A stretch of DNA of 64,000 nt from an uncultured Bacilli bacterium (GCA_934131695.1 CAKOZV010000001.1:10060-74059); one strand, 5' to 3'. Shown: positions 27,409 to 38,047, counted from the first letter of the stretch. Notes: generated from the sequence alone by a model not told the origin. Program-made: numbers and translations.

Positions 27409-27584
27409 TCACTTTGATTACATTGTTTTTTTGATACTTAACAGTATCATCTATATATAATGGGAATCTTCACTAAACTCGTGAACCCTTCCCACTAATA
27501 TATTATGCAGTAATTACTAATTTATACACATAATTGATTAATAAAAAATAATTTGTTAAAATGTGAATAGAAAGAGGGATTATT

Positions 27585-28704
27585 ATGGAACTATCAGAAT
27601 TAAAAAGAAATTATGAAAAGATTGATAAAAAATTAGCAGAACTTTGGAGGTTACTTTGACTGTGATAAGAAAGTAAAAGAAAAAGAAGAATTAGAAAAGA
27701 AACAACTAGAAGAAGGATTCTGGGATAATAAAGAATTAAGAGAAAGTGTTTTTTCTAAACTTAGCAACATAAATGCAATTTTAGAGAATATAATTTCATA
27801 TAAAGGAGATACTAAGAATGCTCTAGATTTAATAGAACTATTATCCCTAGAACCAGATAACGAATTAGAAGAGACATTAGTAAAAGATTATGATAAATTA
27901 AAAGAAGAAGTAGAACAATTTGAAATATACTTACTATTTGATAGTGAATATGATGCTAATTCTTGTACCATTGATATTCATTCAGGAGCTGGTGGAACAG
28001 AAGCTTGTGATTGGGCAGAAATGCTATATAGAATGTATCTAAGATACTGTGAAAGACAAGGCTATAAAGTAACATTATATAACTATCAAGCAGGAGAAGA
28101 AGCGGGTATTAAAAGTGTTTCTTTCAAAGTAGATGGTAGTTATGCTTATGGCTATTTAAAAGAAGAAAAAGGTGTTCATCGTCTAGTTAGGTTATCTCCA
28201 TTTGATTCTTCCAATAGACGCCATACATCATTTGCAAGTGTTGATGTTACTCCAGAAATAGATAAAAATATAGATATAAATATAGATGAAAAGGACATAA
28301 GAATAGATGTATATCGTTCAACTGGAGCAGGAGGTCAAGGAGTAAATACCACAGATAGTGCCGTAAGAGTAACTCATCTTCCTACTGGTATAGTAGTAAC
28401 TTGTCAGAATGAAAGAAGTCAAATTCAAAATAAAGAAACAGCTCTACAGGTTCTAAAGTCTAAACTTTATGTATTAGAACAACAAAAAAAGGAACAAGAA
28501 TTAGCTAAAGAAAAAGGAGAACAAATGAATATAGAGTTTGGTTCACAAATAAGAAGTTATGTAATGCACCCATATTCAATGGTAAAAGATCATAGAACAT
28601 CCTATGAGACAAGTAATGTAACTAAAGTTTTAGATGGAGACTTAACTCCATTTATGGAAGCATATTTGAAAGGAGCAAAGAATGAATCCCAAGGCAATTG
28701 TTAA
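27585..28704 (+). CDS. prfB: Peptide chain release factor 2, with programmed +1 frameshift
   Basis: Frame 0 runs from ATG 27585 to an in-frame TGA at 27657-27659 (MELSELKRNYEKIDKKLAELWRLL*). The +1 frame from 27658 is open and continuous with the listed ORF 28021-28704 (..DIHSGAGGTEACDWAEMLYRMY..; SPF and GGQ motifs present). Confidence 0.93.
27646..27660 (+). promoter_or_regulatory. RF2 autoregulatory +1 frameshift site
   Basis: GGAGG (27646-27650), 3-nt spacer TTA, then CTT TGA C (27654-27660). This is the same architecture as the classical prfB recoding signal. Confidence 0.9.
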
Positions 28705-29545
28705 TAATATTTATCAGCATAGTAAAATAAAAAGATATTTTCAGTTTATTTTTGGTTGTCTACTAGTAGCTCTTGCTTTTAATTTATTTTATTCACCTAA
28801 TAACATAGTAGCAGGAGGCGTAAGTGGTTTATCTATCGTCTTAAATCATTTCTTTAAATTTAATCAATCTTATGTAATAATGATAGCTAACATATTTTTA
28901 CTAGTACTATCTTATATTTTTCTTGGAAAAGATAAAACAAAATTAAGTATTTTAGGTTCAATCTTATTTCCCGTCTTTGTAAACCTAACCAGTTTTTTAT
29001 CTAAATATGTTAGTTTTAATCAAAGTGAGATGCTTTTAGTAGCAATCTTTGGTGGACTACTTCAAGGAGTAGGAGCAGGTCTTATTTTTAAAGCTGGTTT
29101 TTCTACTGGAGGAACTGATATTTTAAATATGATTATCTCTAAAAAACTAAAAATAGGTATGGGACAAGCAATGATATTTACTGATGGAACAATAGTTTTA
29201 CTAGGATTCTTTGCTTTTGGCTTTAATAAATTAATGTATGCCTTGATAGTTTTATATCTAGTTACATGGGCGATGGATAGAGTACTACTAGGAATAAGTG
29301 ATGCTAAAGCATTTTATATAATAACTAAAAAAGATAAGGAAGTTAAAGAGTATATCTTAAAAGAAATGAAACATGGAGTTACTAAATTTGAAGCAACTGG
29401 TGGTTATAAAGATAAAGATCAAAATGTCTTAATGAGTGTTATACCAACTAAAGAGTATTATAGATTCAAAGAAGGAATTCATCTAATAGATCCAGATGCT
29501 TTCTTTGTAGTAACGGATGCTTATCAAGTATTTGGAGGAGAATAG
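28682..29545 (+). CDS. YitT-family membrane protein (DUF161 membrane domain plus C-terminal DUF2179-like domain)
   Basis: 287 aa. Has the typical GGVSGLSI and STGGTD motifs. C-terminal soluble domain (ITKKDKEVKEYILKEMKHGVTKFEATGGY...). Confidence 0.7.
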   Translation: MNPKAIVNNIYQHSKIKRYFQFIFGCLLVALAFNLFYSPNNIVAGGVSGLSIVLNHFFKFNQSYVIMIANIFLLVLSYIFLGKDKTKLSILGSILFPVFVNLTSFLSKYVSFNQSEMLLVAIFGGLLQGVGAGLIFKAGFSTGGTDILNMIISKKLKIGMGQAMIFTDGTIVLLGFFAFGFNKLMYALIVLYLVTWAMDRVLLGISDAKAFYIITKKDKEVKEYILKEMKHGVTKFEATGGYKDKDQNVLMSVIPTKEYYRFKEGIHLIDPDAFFVVTDAYQVFGGE

Positions 29546-30154
29546 ATGAAGAATATTCTATATCGATATGGAGTATTAATAATCTGTCTCTTTTTTTCTA
29601 GTATTGTTTTTAACCTATTTTTATATCCAATTAAATTGGTAACTGGGGGAATGAATGGTATAGCAATTATTGTTAATCATCTAATAAAAGTATCACCATC
29701 AATAATTATTTTTGTAGGAAGTAGTATTTGTCTTTTTTTAAGTACAATCCTCTTATCTAAAGAACAAACAATAGCAAGCCTACTAGCAACATTTATTTAT
29801 CCATTTTTTGTATCAATAACATCACCTGTTACTAAAATTATTACCATAGATACCTCTGACTTACTTCTAAGTTGTCTAATAATTGGTATATCCTTAGGAA
29901 TAAGTAATGGTTTTATGTATAAAGTAGGATTTAGTAACGGAGGAATTAATATTATTAGTCAAATATTTTATAAGTACTTTAAGATTCCTCTTAGTAATAC
30001 CACTTTATTTATCAATATGATAATAGTAGTACTTGGTGGCGTTTATTTTACTTTTACTAAAGTCTTATATGCTAGTTTTATCTTAATAATAAGTAAATTA
30101 GTAATGGATAAAATTTTAAGAAAAGATGAATTGCTATGTATAATTACTAATTAA
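29546..30154 (+). CDS. YitT-like membrane protein paralog lacking the C-terminal soluble domain
   Basis: 202 aa. Carries the same GGMNGIAI and SNGGIN motifs. Starts at the nucleotide after the previous stop codon. Confidence 0.6.
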   Translation: MKNILYRYGVLIICLFFSSIVFNLFLYPIKLVTGGMNGIAIIVNHLIKVSPSIIIFVGSSICLFLSTILLSKEQTIASLLATFIYPFFVSITSPVTKIITIDTSDLLLSCLIIGISLGISNGFMYKVGFSNGGINIISQIFYKYFKIPLSNTTLFINMIIVVLGGVYFTFTKVLYASFILIISKLVMDKILRKDELLCIITN

Positions 30155-30264
30155 TAGTGTCAAGATTAAAGATTTTGATGCTTTTTTGTGCTTGGTAATA
30201 ATTAACTCTATCAAAAAATGTCTAATTATGCTAAAATGTTAAGTGAATACAAAGGTGGGATAAG

Positions 30265-30954
30265 ATGGAACTAATTAGAATAAAAAATGTAACCAAACAA
30301 TACAAAAATGGTGTAACTGCAATTTATGACTTATCTCTTTCAATAAAAAAAGGATCTTTTGTCTTTGTAATAGGTGGAAGCGGAAGTGGAAAGAGTACAT
30401 TTATAAAGATGTTATATCGTGAAGAGAAACCAACCAAAGGAGAAATAATTGTTGGTGGACTTAATGTTTTAAAACTTAGAAATAAAAAGGTTTATAAACT
30501 AAGAAGAAAATTAGGAATAGTATTTCAAGATTACCGTTTATTACCTAAGTCTACTGTTTATGAAAATGTTGCTTTTACTATGGAAGTTTTAGGAGCAAGA
30601 CGTGATGAAATTAGAAAGAAAACGCTAAAGGCTATAGAACTAGTCGGCTTAAAACATAAGATTCATAACTATCCAGACCAATTATCAGGTGGTGAACAAC
30701 AACGTGTGGCAATAGCAAGAGCCATCGTTAATGAACCTAAACTTTTACTTTGTGATGAGCCTACTGGTAACTTAGACCCTGATATGAGTATGGAAATTAT
30801 GCAAGTACTAGAAGAGATTAACAAGTCTTGTGGAACAACCATTATTATGGCAACTCATGATAAGGATATTGTTAATAGAATGAAAAAAGAAGTAATAGTC
30901 TTAAAAGATGGACATTTAGTAAAACATGTAGAGAAAGGGGAGTATGAAGAATGA
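30265..30954 (+). CDS. ftsE: Cell-division ABC ATPase FtsE
   Basis: 229 aa. Walker [10 protein letters not shown], signature [14 protein letters not shown], Walker [13 protein letters not shown]. Overlaps ftsX by 4 nt. Confidence 0.9.
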   Translation: MELIRIKNVTKQYKNGVTAIYDLSLSIKKGSFVFVIGGSGSGKSTFIKMLYREEKPTKGEIIVGGLNVLKLRNKKVYKLRRKLGIVFQDYRLLPKSTVYENVAFTMEVLGARRDEIRKKTLKAIELVGLKHKIHNYPDQLSGGEQQRVAIARAIVNEPKLLLCDEPTGNLDPDMSMEIMQVLEEINKSCGTTIIMATHDKDIVNRMKKEVIVLKDGHLVKHVEKGEYEE

Positions 30955-31850
30955 AATTCTTTAGAATGTTAGGTAGAAGTATTAGAGATGCCTTTAAATC
31001 AGTCTTTCGTAACTTTTCTCTATCACTAGCTTCTATCTCTTGTATTATAATAACCTTGCTTATAGTAGCAGTTGCAATCATTTTAACATTTAATGTAGAA
31101 AATTTTACTAAAGAGATGGAAAAAGACTTAACAATAGTTGTCTTTCTAAATAATAATGCTACAGAAGAGCAGGTAAAAGATGTTCAAAATAAATTAGAGA
31201 AGATGGATAATGTTGAAAGTTTAACTTATCAAAGTAAAAATGCTGTCAAAGAAGAGATGCGAAAAGAAAATGAAGTATTTAATGAGGTAATGTCTACTTG
31301 GAAAGACAATGATAATCCTTTAAAGGATACATTTCAAGTAAAAGTAAAAGATGTAGAGAAGATTAAAACTACGGCTGAGAAAATTAAGAAAATGGAACAA
31401 GTAAGTGTTGTTAATTATGGTGAAGCTTGGGTTGATAAGATGATTAGTATGTTTAGTGTAGTAGAAAAAGGAGCTTATGGTGTAGTTATTGCCTTAATAT
31501 TAGTAACTGTTTTCTTAATTGTTAACACTATTAAACTAACAATCTTCTCAAGAAAAAGAGAAATATCAATTATGCGACTTGTTGGAGCTAGTAATGTAGC
31601 TATTAAAACACCATTTATTGTAGAAGGAATGATACTAGGTTGTCTTGGAGCAATATTACCAATATTAGGAGTATGTTTTGGTTATGTAGCCCTTTATAAT
31701 CACTTACATGGTTACTTATATACAGAAATCATTAGACTAGTAGAACCAGAACCATTTATTTATATGGTATCAGGAATAATACTTGTAATAGGAATATTAG
31801 TAGGTATGATAGGCTCATCTTCTGCTGTAAGAAAGTATTTAAAGGTGTAG
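30951..31850 (+). CDS. ftsX: Cell-division permease-like protein FtsX
   Basis: 299 aa. Layout is TM1, a large extracellular loop, then 3 TM helices. Coupled to ftsE. Confidence 0.85.
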   Translation: MKFFRMLGRSIRDAFKSVFRNFSLSLASISCIIITLLIVAVAIILTFNVENFTKEMEKDLTIVVFLNNNATEEQVKDVQNKLEKMDNVESLTYQSKNAVKEEMRKENEVFNEVMSTWKDNDNPLKDTFQVKVKDVEKIKTTAEKIKKMEQVSVVNYGEAWVDKMISMFSVVEKGAYGVVIALILVTVFLIVNTIKLTIFSRKREISIMRLVGASNVAIKTPFIVEGMILGCLGAILPILGVCFGYVALYNHLHGYLYTEIIRLVEPEPFIYMVSGIILVIGILVGMIGSSSAVRKYLKV

Positions 31851-31851
31851 T

Positions 31852-33090
31852 ATGAATAGAAGAAAAATAATTATCTTACTATTAATATCTCTTTGCTTAC
31901 TACCTTTTAAAGTAGATGCTAAGACCATAAAAGAATTTGAAAATGAGGTAAATTCTTATGCAAAACAATTAGAAGAGAAAGAAGCAAAGATTGCTAAAAA
32001 TGATCAAGAAGTAGCAGAAATTAAGAAAAATATAGCTACTTATGAAAAACAAATAAGTGATTTAGAAGTATCTATGAAAAGTTTACAAGATGAGATAGAT
32101 AAGTCTAATGCTGAAATAGAAAAGAAAACAGAAGAGAGTAAACAACTATTTCAGTATTTACAAGTAAGTAATGGTAATAATGCTTATATGGAATATGTCT
32201 TTGGAGCAGAAAGTGTTACAGAGATGGTTTATAGATTAAGTGTAGTAGAACAATTAACAGAATATAATCAAAAAGTAATGAATGAATTAGATGAGTTAAT
32301 TAAAACAAATAAAGCTAAGTCAGCAGAAATAGCTACTAAGAAAGAAGAATTAAAATCACTTAAAGCCAAGCTTGAAAGTGAAAAAGAAAGAATTAATGCT
32401 GATACTAAATCTATTAGAGAATCAATGCCATCGGTTCAAGAACAGTTAAAAGCTGCTAAAGCCAATCTAGCTTACTATAAAAAGTTAGGTTGTGGACCAA
32501 GTGAAGATATTTATGCTTGTCAATATAGATATGATAGAGCTCATAGAGGTAGTAGTGCTGGTGGTAGTAATATTCCTGTTCCTCCTTCAGTAAATGGTTT
32601 CTTTAGACCAATGACTAGTGGTTATGTTACGCAAAACTGGGGTGGATATGGAGGACACTTAGGAATTGATTTATCTAATTCAAATGATAGAACTATTCCG
32701 ATTTATCCAATAGCAGATGGTGTTATCTTTAAAATATATAGTGATTCATGTACTAGTGGTAACTGGTGTCCTTATGGCTGTAATGGAAATGCTAAGGTTG
32801 TTAAAATAAGACACTTAGTAAATGGTAGATATATTTATTCAACTTATGCACACTTAAGTAGTTATGGAAATATCCGTGAAGGAATGCAAGTTAATACGGG
32901 TACGATGATTGGTAGAATGGGTAATAGTGGTTGTTCAACTGCTGCCCACTTACACTTAGAAGTTACAAGTTGTGATTGGAATGTTGGAGGAGGATGTAGT
33001 AGTTACTATGCCTATGAAAAAAGTACTATTAATCCAAGACAATATATTGGTTTCCCATCTGCTCTTAGGGCTTGGTGGACAGAAAGATAA
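31852..33090 (+). CDS. Secreted coiled-coil M23 (LytM-type) peptidoglycan hydrolase
   Basis: Signal peptide and a roughly 200-aa coiled coil. The C-terminal M23 domain has intact HxxxD (HLGIDL) and HxH (HLHLE) zinc ligands. Starts 1 nt after ftsX. Confidence 0.8.
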   Translation: MNRRKIIILLLISLCLLPFKVDAKTIKEFENEVNSYAKQLEEKEAKIAKNDQEVAEIKKNIATYEKQISDLEVSMKSLQDEIDKSNAEIEKKTEESKQLFQYLQVSNGNNAYMEYVFGAESVTEMVYRLSVVEQLTEYNQKVMNELDELIKTNKAKSAEIATKKEELKSLKAKLESEKERINADTKSIRESMPSVQEQLKAAKANLAYYKKLGCGPSEDIYACQYRYDRAHRGSSAGGSNIPVPPSVNGFFRPMTSGYVTQNWGGYGGHLGIDLSNSNDRTIPIYPIADGVIFKIYSDSCTSGNWCPYGCNGNAKVVKIRHLVNGRYIYSTYAHLSSYGNIREGMQVNTGTMIGRMGNSGCSTAAHLHLEVTSCDWNVGGGCSSYYAYEKSTINPRQYIGFPSALRAWWTER

Positions 33091-33150
33091 GAAAATTCTT
33101 GTCTTTTTTCTTTTCTTTATTTACAATAACTAACAAAGTGAGGGGTTTTT

Positions 33151-34139
33151 ATGACAGAAAATCAAGAATTATTATTAAAACTTATTAAAGAGGGGAGAAC
33201 TTGTAATGATATAAGTAAAGAATTGAATATCTCTAATAGGCAATTATATAACAGGTTGCTTACTCTTAAAAATAAAGGAATAATGCTAGAAAGAAGTTAT
33301 TATAGTAATGGGCAAATAACCTATAAAAGTCCATCTTCCTCATCTATTGTACATAGTGAATATAACGATATTTCTAATAATATTCTGTCTTTGCATGAAG
33401 AAACTAATATGAAAATGTTAGTAATATCTGATTTGCACTTTGGTAATAAATTAGAACGATTAGACTTAGTAGATAATGCCTTTAATTATTGTGCAAAGAA
33501 TGGTATAAATATTATTTTGTGTGCTGGTGATATGATTGATTCATCACTTACTAGATGTAAGGAAAAATATGATACTTTAGAAAAAAAATAAAACACTTTG
33601 TTAAAGATTATCCGCATGACAAGAATATTTTAACTTTTGCAGTAGGTGGTAATCATGATATATATGCATTTTATAAAGAGTCAAGGTCAATAATTGATTA
33701 TACTAATAATTATAGACATGATATTATAATTAGTGATTTCTTAATGAGCACTATTAATATTAAAAATGAAAGCATAAATTTGTATCATCATATAGATAAT
33801 TATGGTAAAAGTAATTCGGATGCAATAATCACACTGCATGGTCATGCACATAAATATAAGACTGAAGTAGACTCAAATAATAGATTACAAGTAGTTGTTC
33901 CGTCTCTTTCTGGTATTAATAATCCACTGCCAACTGCTTTAGAAATGAATTTACATTTTAAAAAAGGATTTATTGAAACTGCTGATTTAAAACAAATATA
34001 TTTTATTTATCGTGATCTGGTATTAAGTGAGGTTAGTTATAATCTTATGAAAAATAGAAATATTATACATAAGGCAATAGATAATGAAATACATAAAGGT
34101 GATTTGGCTAGACAAAAAGTTTATTCACTAACAAATTAA
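33151..34139 (+). pseudogene. HTH plus calcineurin-like metallophosphoesterase, split by a frameshift at an A8 tract
   Basis: ORF 33151-33591 carries the HTH and phosphoesterase motifs I/II (SDLHFGN, GDMID). The open frame from about 33588 carries motifs III-V (GGNHD, HGHAH). Adding one A to the A8 run (33581-33588) joins the two frames (..TLEKKIKHFVKDYPHDK..). Confidence 0.6.
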
Positions 34140-34230
34140 ATTAAAACTAGACAAGACTTTACATTTAAAATCTAAAAATGTTAGTAAATTTCTTGGATTG
34201 TGTTAAACTTAATATTAAGGAGGATACAAT

Positions 34231-35010
34231 ATGAAATTTAATTTTAAAGGAAAAAAAGCTCTTGTTACTGGAGGAGGAAGCGGTCTTGGTAGAGAATGTG
34301 CTATACTTTTTGCCAAGAATGGAGCAGATGTTTTAATCGCTGATTTATTACCAGAAAGATGTGAAGAAGTAGCAGCTGAAGTAAGAAAATATGGTGTTAA
34401 TGCAATTGCCTATCAAGTAGATGTTACTAATTATGAACAAGTAGCTTCAATGTACAAAAAAATAGTGGATGAATGGGGAACAGTTGATATAGTTGTTAAC
34501 TCAGCAGGTGTTTGTTTAACTGGTGAATTAACTAAAGAAAGCTTAGAAAATATTGATAAGACAATAGATATTAATATCAAAGGAACAATCTATTCTTGTA
34601 GAGAAGCTTTAAATATTATGAGAGCTAATAAATATGGTAAGATTGTTAATATGTCATCAATAGCAGCAAAGGCATGTTCTGCTGGATTTAGTGTTTATAG
34701 CTGTACTAAGTCTGCAGTATTGGCATTAACTGCTAGTTTAGGAAGAGAAGCTGCAAAAGATAATGTTAATGTTAACTGTGTATGTCCAGGAATTATTAGA
34801 ACAAGTATGTGGGAAGATATTCTTGATCAAATGGCTGGAAGTGAAGATGCTACTCGTGAAAAAGTATGGAATGCTTGTAATAATGTAACACCTAATGGAA
34901 AACCACAAGAACCAATAGATATCGCTTATATGACAGCTTTCTTATGTACTGATGAAGCAAGATATATCACCTCTCAAAATATTGGCGTTGATGGTGGATA
35001 TACTTTCTAG
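34231..35010 (+). CDS. Short-chain dehydrogenase/reductase (SDR)
   Basis: TGGGSGLG cofactor motif and YSCTK catalytic YxxxK. 259 aa with a GGAGG RBS. Confidence 0.85.
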   Translation: MKFNFKGKKALVTGGGSGLGRECAILFAKNGADVLIADLLPERCEEVAAEVRKYGVNAIAYQVDVTNYEQVASMYKKIVDEWGTVDIVVNSAGVCLTGELTKESLENIDKTIDINIKGTIYSCREALNIMRANKYGKIVNMSSIAAKACSAGFSVYSCTKSAVLALTASLGREAAKDNVNVNCVCPGIIRTSMWEDILDQMAGSEDATREKVWNACNNVTPNGKPQEPIDIAYMTAFLCTDEARYITSQNIGVDGGYTF

Positions 35011-35025
35011 TAATAATTATAAAAT

Positions 35026-35049
35026 AGAGCTATTATTTAGCTCTTTTTT
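35026..35049 (+). terminator. Terminator after the SDR gene
   Basis: Stem agagcta/tagctct, 5-nt loop, T-run. Confidence 0.7.
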
Positions 35050-35098
35050 AGTGACAATTTATCATAAGCTTGATAAACTTTAGTTAAGAGAGGAAAAT

Positions 35099-36634
35099 AT
35101 GATGAAAAATGTAGTAATTATAGGAGCTGGTCCCGCAGGTCTAGCTTGTGCTTATGAGATTTTAAAAAATAATAAGAATATTAAGGTAACAATTCTTGAG
35201 GAAGAAAAAATGGTTGGTGGTATTAGTAAAACAGTAAATTATAAAGGTAATAGAATAGATATAGGAGGACACCGTTTCTTTACTAAAAATGAAGAGGTAA
35301 AAAAACTATGGTTAGAATTATTACCACCTCAAAATAAACCAGCTTATGATGATAAGATATTAGACACAGAAAAAAGGTTTCCCAAGAAAGGAAAGAATCC
35401 AGAAAAAGGTGACGCAGTAATGCTTATTAGAAATAGAGTGAGTAGAATTTATTATAATCATAAATTTTTTGATTATCCTGTTAATTTTAATTTTAAAACC
35501 ATTAAAAATATGGGATTTGCTACTACTTGTTCTTGTGGAGTAAGTTATTTAAAATCAACAATTCATAAATTAGATGAATTTAACTTAGAAAATTTTTATA
35601 TTAATCGCTTTGGTAAGAAACTATACTCTATGTTTTTTGAAGGATATACAACTAAAGTTTGGGGTAGAACGCCTAGTGAAATAGACTCTAGTTGGGGTAG
35701 TCAACGGGTAAAAGGAATTTCTATTAGTAAAGTCCTAGTTGATTATTTTAAACGTATCTTTCATCTTGAAAATAAGAATAAAGAAACATCTTTAATAGAA
35801 TCATTTTATTATCCTAAATATGGACCCGGTCAGTTATATGAAACATTAGCAGATGAGGTAAAAAAACTAGGCGGTAAAATTATCAAAAATGCTAAAGTAG
35901 TAAAAATAAAGAAAAATAATAGAGAAATAACCTCTATTGTATATTTAAAAGATAATAAATATATAAATTATCAATGTGATACTTTAGTTAGTTCTATGCC
36001 TTTGAAAGATTTAATATTAAGTATGAATGATATACCTAAGAGAATTACTAAGATAAGTAGTAATTTACCATATCGTGACTTTGTAACTGTTGGTTTGTTA
36101 GTACCAAGCTTTAAAGTAGAAAATAGTCATACTATTCATGGTAGCGTTAATGATAACTGGATTTATGTTCAAGATAAAAATGTAAAATTAGGAAGAATAC
36201 AAATATTTAATAATTGGTCACCATATATGGTTAAAGATCCTGTTAATACTATCTGGATGGGACTTGAATATTTTTGTAAAGAAAATGATGAATTTTGGAC
36301 TATGCAAGATAAAGATATAATTAATATGGCTAAAGAAGAATTGAAAACAATGAAATTTTATGAGGGAAAAATATTAGATGGTATTGTAATAAGAGTAAAG
36401 AAAGCCTATCCCGCTTACTTTGATAGTTATAAACACATTGATGAAGTAAGAAAGTATATAAATAATATAGATAATTTATATTGTATTGGAAGAAATGGAA
36501 CGCATTCTTATAATAATATGGATCACTCAATTTATAGTGGATTGTTATGTGGAAAAATGATTAATAAAGGAGAACATGACTTAGATAAATTATGGAATGT
36601 TAATGTGGATAAGTCATACCATGAGGAGAAGTAA
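35099..36634 (+). CDS. FAD/NAD(P)-dependent oxidoreductase (amine-oxidase/phytoene-desaturase superfamily)
   Basis: N-terminal Rossmann motif [16 protein letters not shown] and the GGHRFF motif. 511 aa. Its stop codon abuts the start of the next gene. Confidence 0.7.
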   Translation: MMKNVVIIGAGPAGLACAYEILKNNKNIKVTILEEEKMVGGISKTVNYKGNRIDIGGHRFFTKNEEVKKLWLELLPPQNKPAYDDKILDTEKRFPKKGKNPEKGDAVMLIRNRVSRIYYNHKFFDYPVNFNFKTIKNMGFATTCSCGVSYLKSTIHKLDEFNLENFYINRFGKKLYSMFFEGYTTKVWGRTPSEIDSSWGSQRVKGISISKVLVDYFKRIFHLENKNKETSLIESFYYPKYGPGQLYETLADEVKKLGGKIIKNAKVVKIKKNNREITSIVYLKDNKYINYQCDTLVSSMPLKDLILSMNDIPKRITKISSNLPYRDFVTVGLLVPSFKVENSHTIHGSVNDNWIYVQDKNVKLGRIQIFNNWSPYMVKDPVNTIWMGLEYFCKENDEFWTMQDKDIINMAKEELKTMKFYEGKILDGIVIRVKKAYPAYFDSYKHIDEVRKYINNIDNLYCIGRNGTHSYNNMDHSIYSGLLCGKMINKGEHDLDKLWNVNVDKSYHEEK

Positions 36635-38047
36635 ATGAAATATAAACCTAATAAATATACTAGTTATTTATACTTTATTATTCCTCTTCTTCTTTCAACT
36701 ACTATAAAGATAAGTAAAGAAAGGGATATTTGGTTTATTCTCTCATATGGTAAATACATACTAAAAAATGGTTTACCTCATCATGATATACTATCTATGC
36801 ATAATAATTTTTCTCTAGTAGTTCAACAATGGTTATCAGATATAATTTACTACTTATCCTATAAATTATTAGGAGGAGTAGGAATATACATATTAGTATT
36901 CTTACTAAATTCTTTAATACTTTACTTTCTTTATAAACTAAGTATGGTTATAAGTAAGAAAAAAGTATTTAGTTCAGTTATCACTAGTTCTATTATAGAT
37001 ATACTTTTAATGACTTACTTTGTAACACCAAGACCACAGATGTTTACTTTTCTAATATTTATAATACTACTTTATATCTTAGAAAAATATTTACAAAAAG
37101 AATCAAAAATTATTTGGTTTATTCCAATTCTTTCTTTGTTACTAGTTAATCTTCATGCTTCTATGTGGCCTTGTTTATTTATACTTATGCTACCTTATTT
37201 GGTCGAATTTAGTTATAACTACTTAAAGAAGAAAGATAAAAAAGTATTTAAATTATTACAAGTTATTTTCTTCTCTATTATAGTAAGTTTTCTAAATCCT
37301 TATGGCTTAGGAGCAATGACTTATTCTCTAACTAGTTATGGAGTAGATACTATAAATAAAATGGTTATGGAAATGTCACCATTCACTTTAAAAGGTGTAT
37401 TAGCTCCTACTAATTATATAGTGTTAAGCTTATTCTTTGGCTTATTAGCTTGTATGTTTATCAAAAAGAAATATTCAGTCCATCAAGTATTATTAATGCT
37501 TGGAATATTTTATATGGTATTATGTAATTTTCGAAATGTAACTTTATTCTATATTTGTGTTTTACCATTTCTTAGTATCTATCTACCATTTAGTGATGGA
37601 AAAAGTAAGTTTATACCTAAAAAACTTTACATAGTAGTTATAATTTGTCTTTTAATACTAATAGGTTATAATACTGTGGATGGAAAGTATAATCTAGTAA
37701 ATCCTAATAAGAAAATAATAGAATACTTAGATAAGAATGACAAGAAAGATATAAAACTATATGCTAATAATGATAATGGTTCTTACTATGAATTTAGTGG
37801 TTATCATCCTTATATAGATGGAAGGGTAGAAGTATTTGTAAAAGCTAATAATCATCAAGAAGATATCATGTTAGAGTATTATAATATGTCATTTGGAATA
37901 TTAGATGTAGAGAAGTTTTTAGATAAGTATAAATTTACTCATTTAGTTGTTGATAAAAATGAAATACTATATAACTATTTAAAAAATAATGAAAACTATC
38001 AAAAAGTAGTAACAATTGATGAGACTTATCTCTATATTAGAAAGTAG
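36635..38047 (+). CDS. Polytopic membrane protein, putative GT-C-type glycosyltransferase/polymerase (paralog 1)
   Basis: 470 aa with more than 10 TM helices. A conserved acidic motif follows TM1 (KERDIWFILSYGK). The C-terminal soluble domain is shared with its paralog. Confidence 0.45.
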   Translation: MKYKPNKYTSYLYFIIPLLLSTTIKISKERDIWFILSYGKYILKNGLPHHDILSMHNNFSLVVQQWLSDIIYYLSYKLLGGVGIYILVFLLNSLILYFLYKLSMVISKKKVFSSVITSSIIDILLMTYFVTPRPQMFTFLIFIILLYILEKYLQKESKIIWFIPILSLLLVNLHASMWPCLFILMLPYLVEFSYNYLKKKDKKVFKLLQVIFFSIIVSFLNPYGLGAMTYSLTSYGVDTINKMVMEMSPFTLKGVLAPTNYIVLSLFFGLLACMFIKKKYSVHQVLLMLGIFYMVLCNFRNVTLFYICVLPFLSIYLPFSDGKSKFIPKKLYIVVIICLLILIGYNTVDGKYNLVNPNKKIIEYLDKNDKKDIKLYANNDNGSYYEFSGYHPYIDGRVEVFVKANNHQEDIMLEYYNMSFGILDVEKFLDKYKFTHLVVDKNEILYNYLKNNENYQKVVTIDETYLYIRK

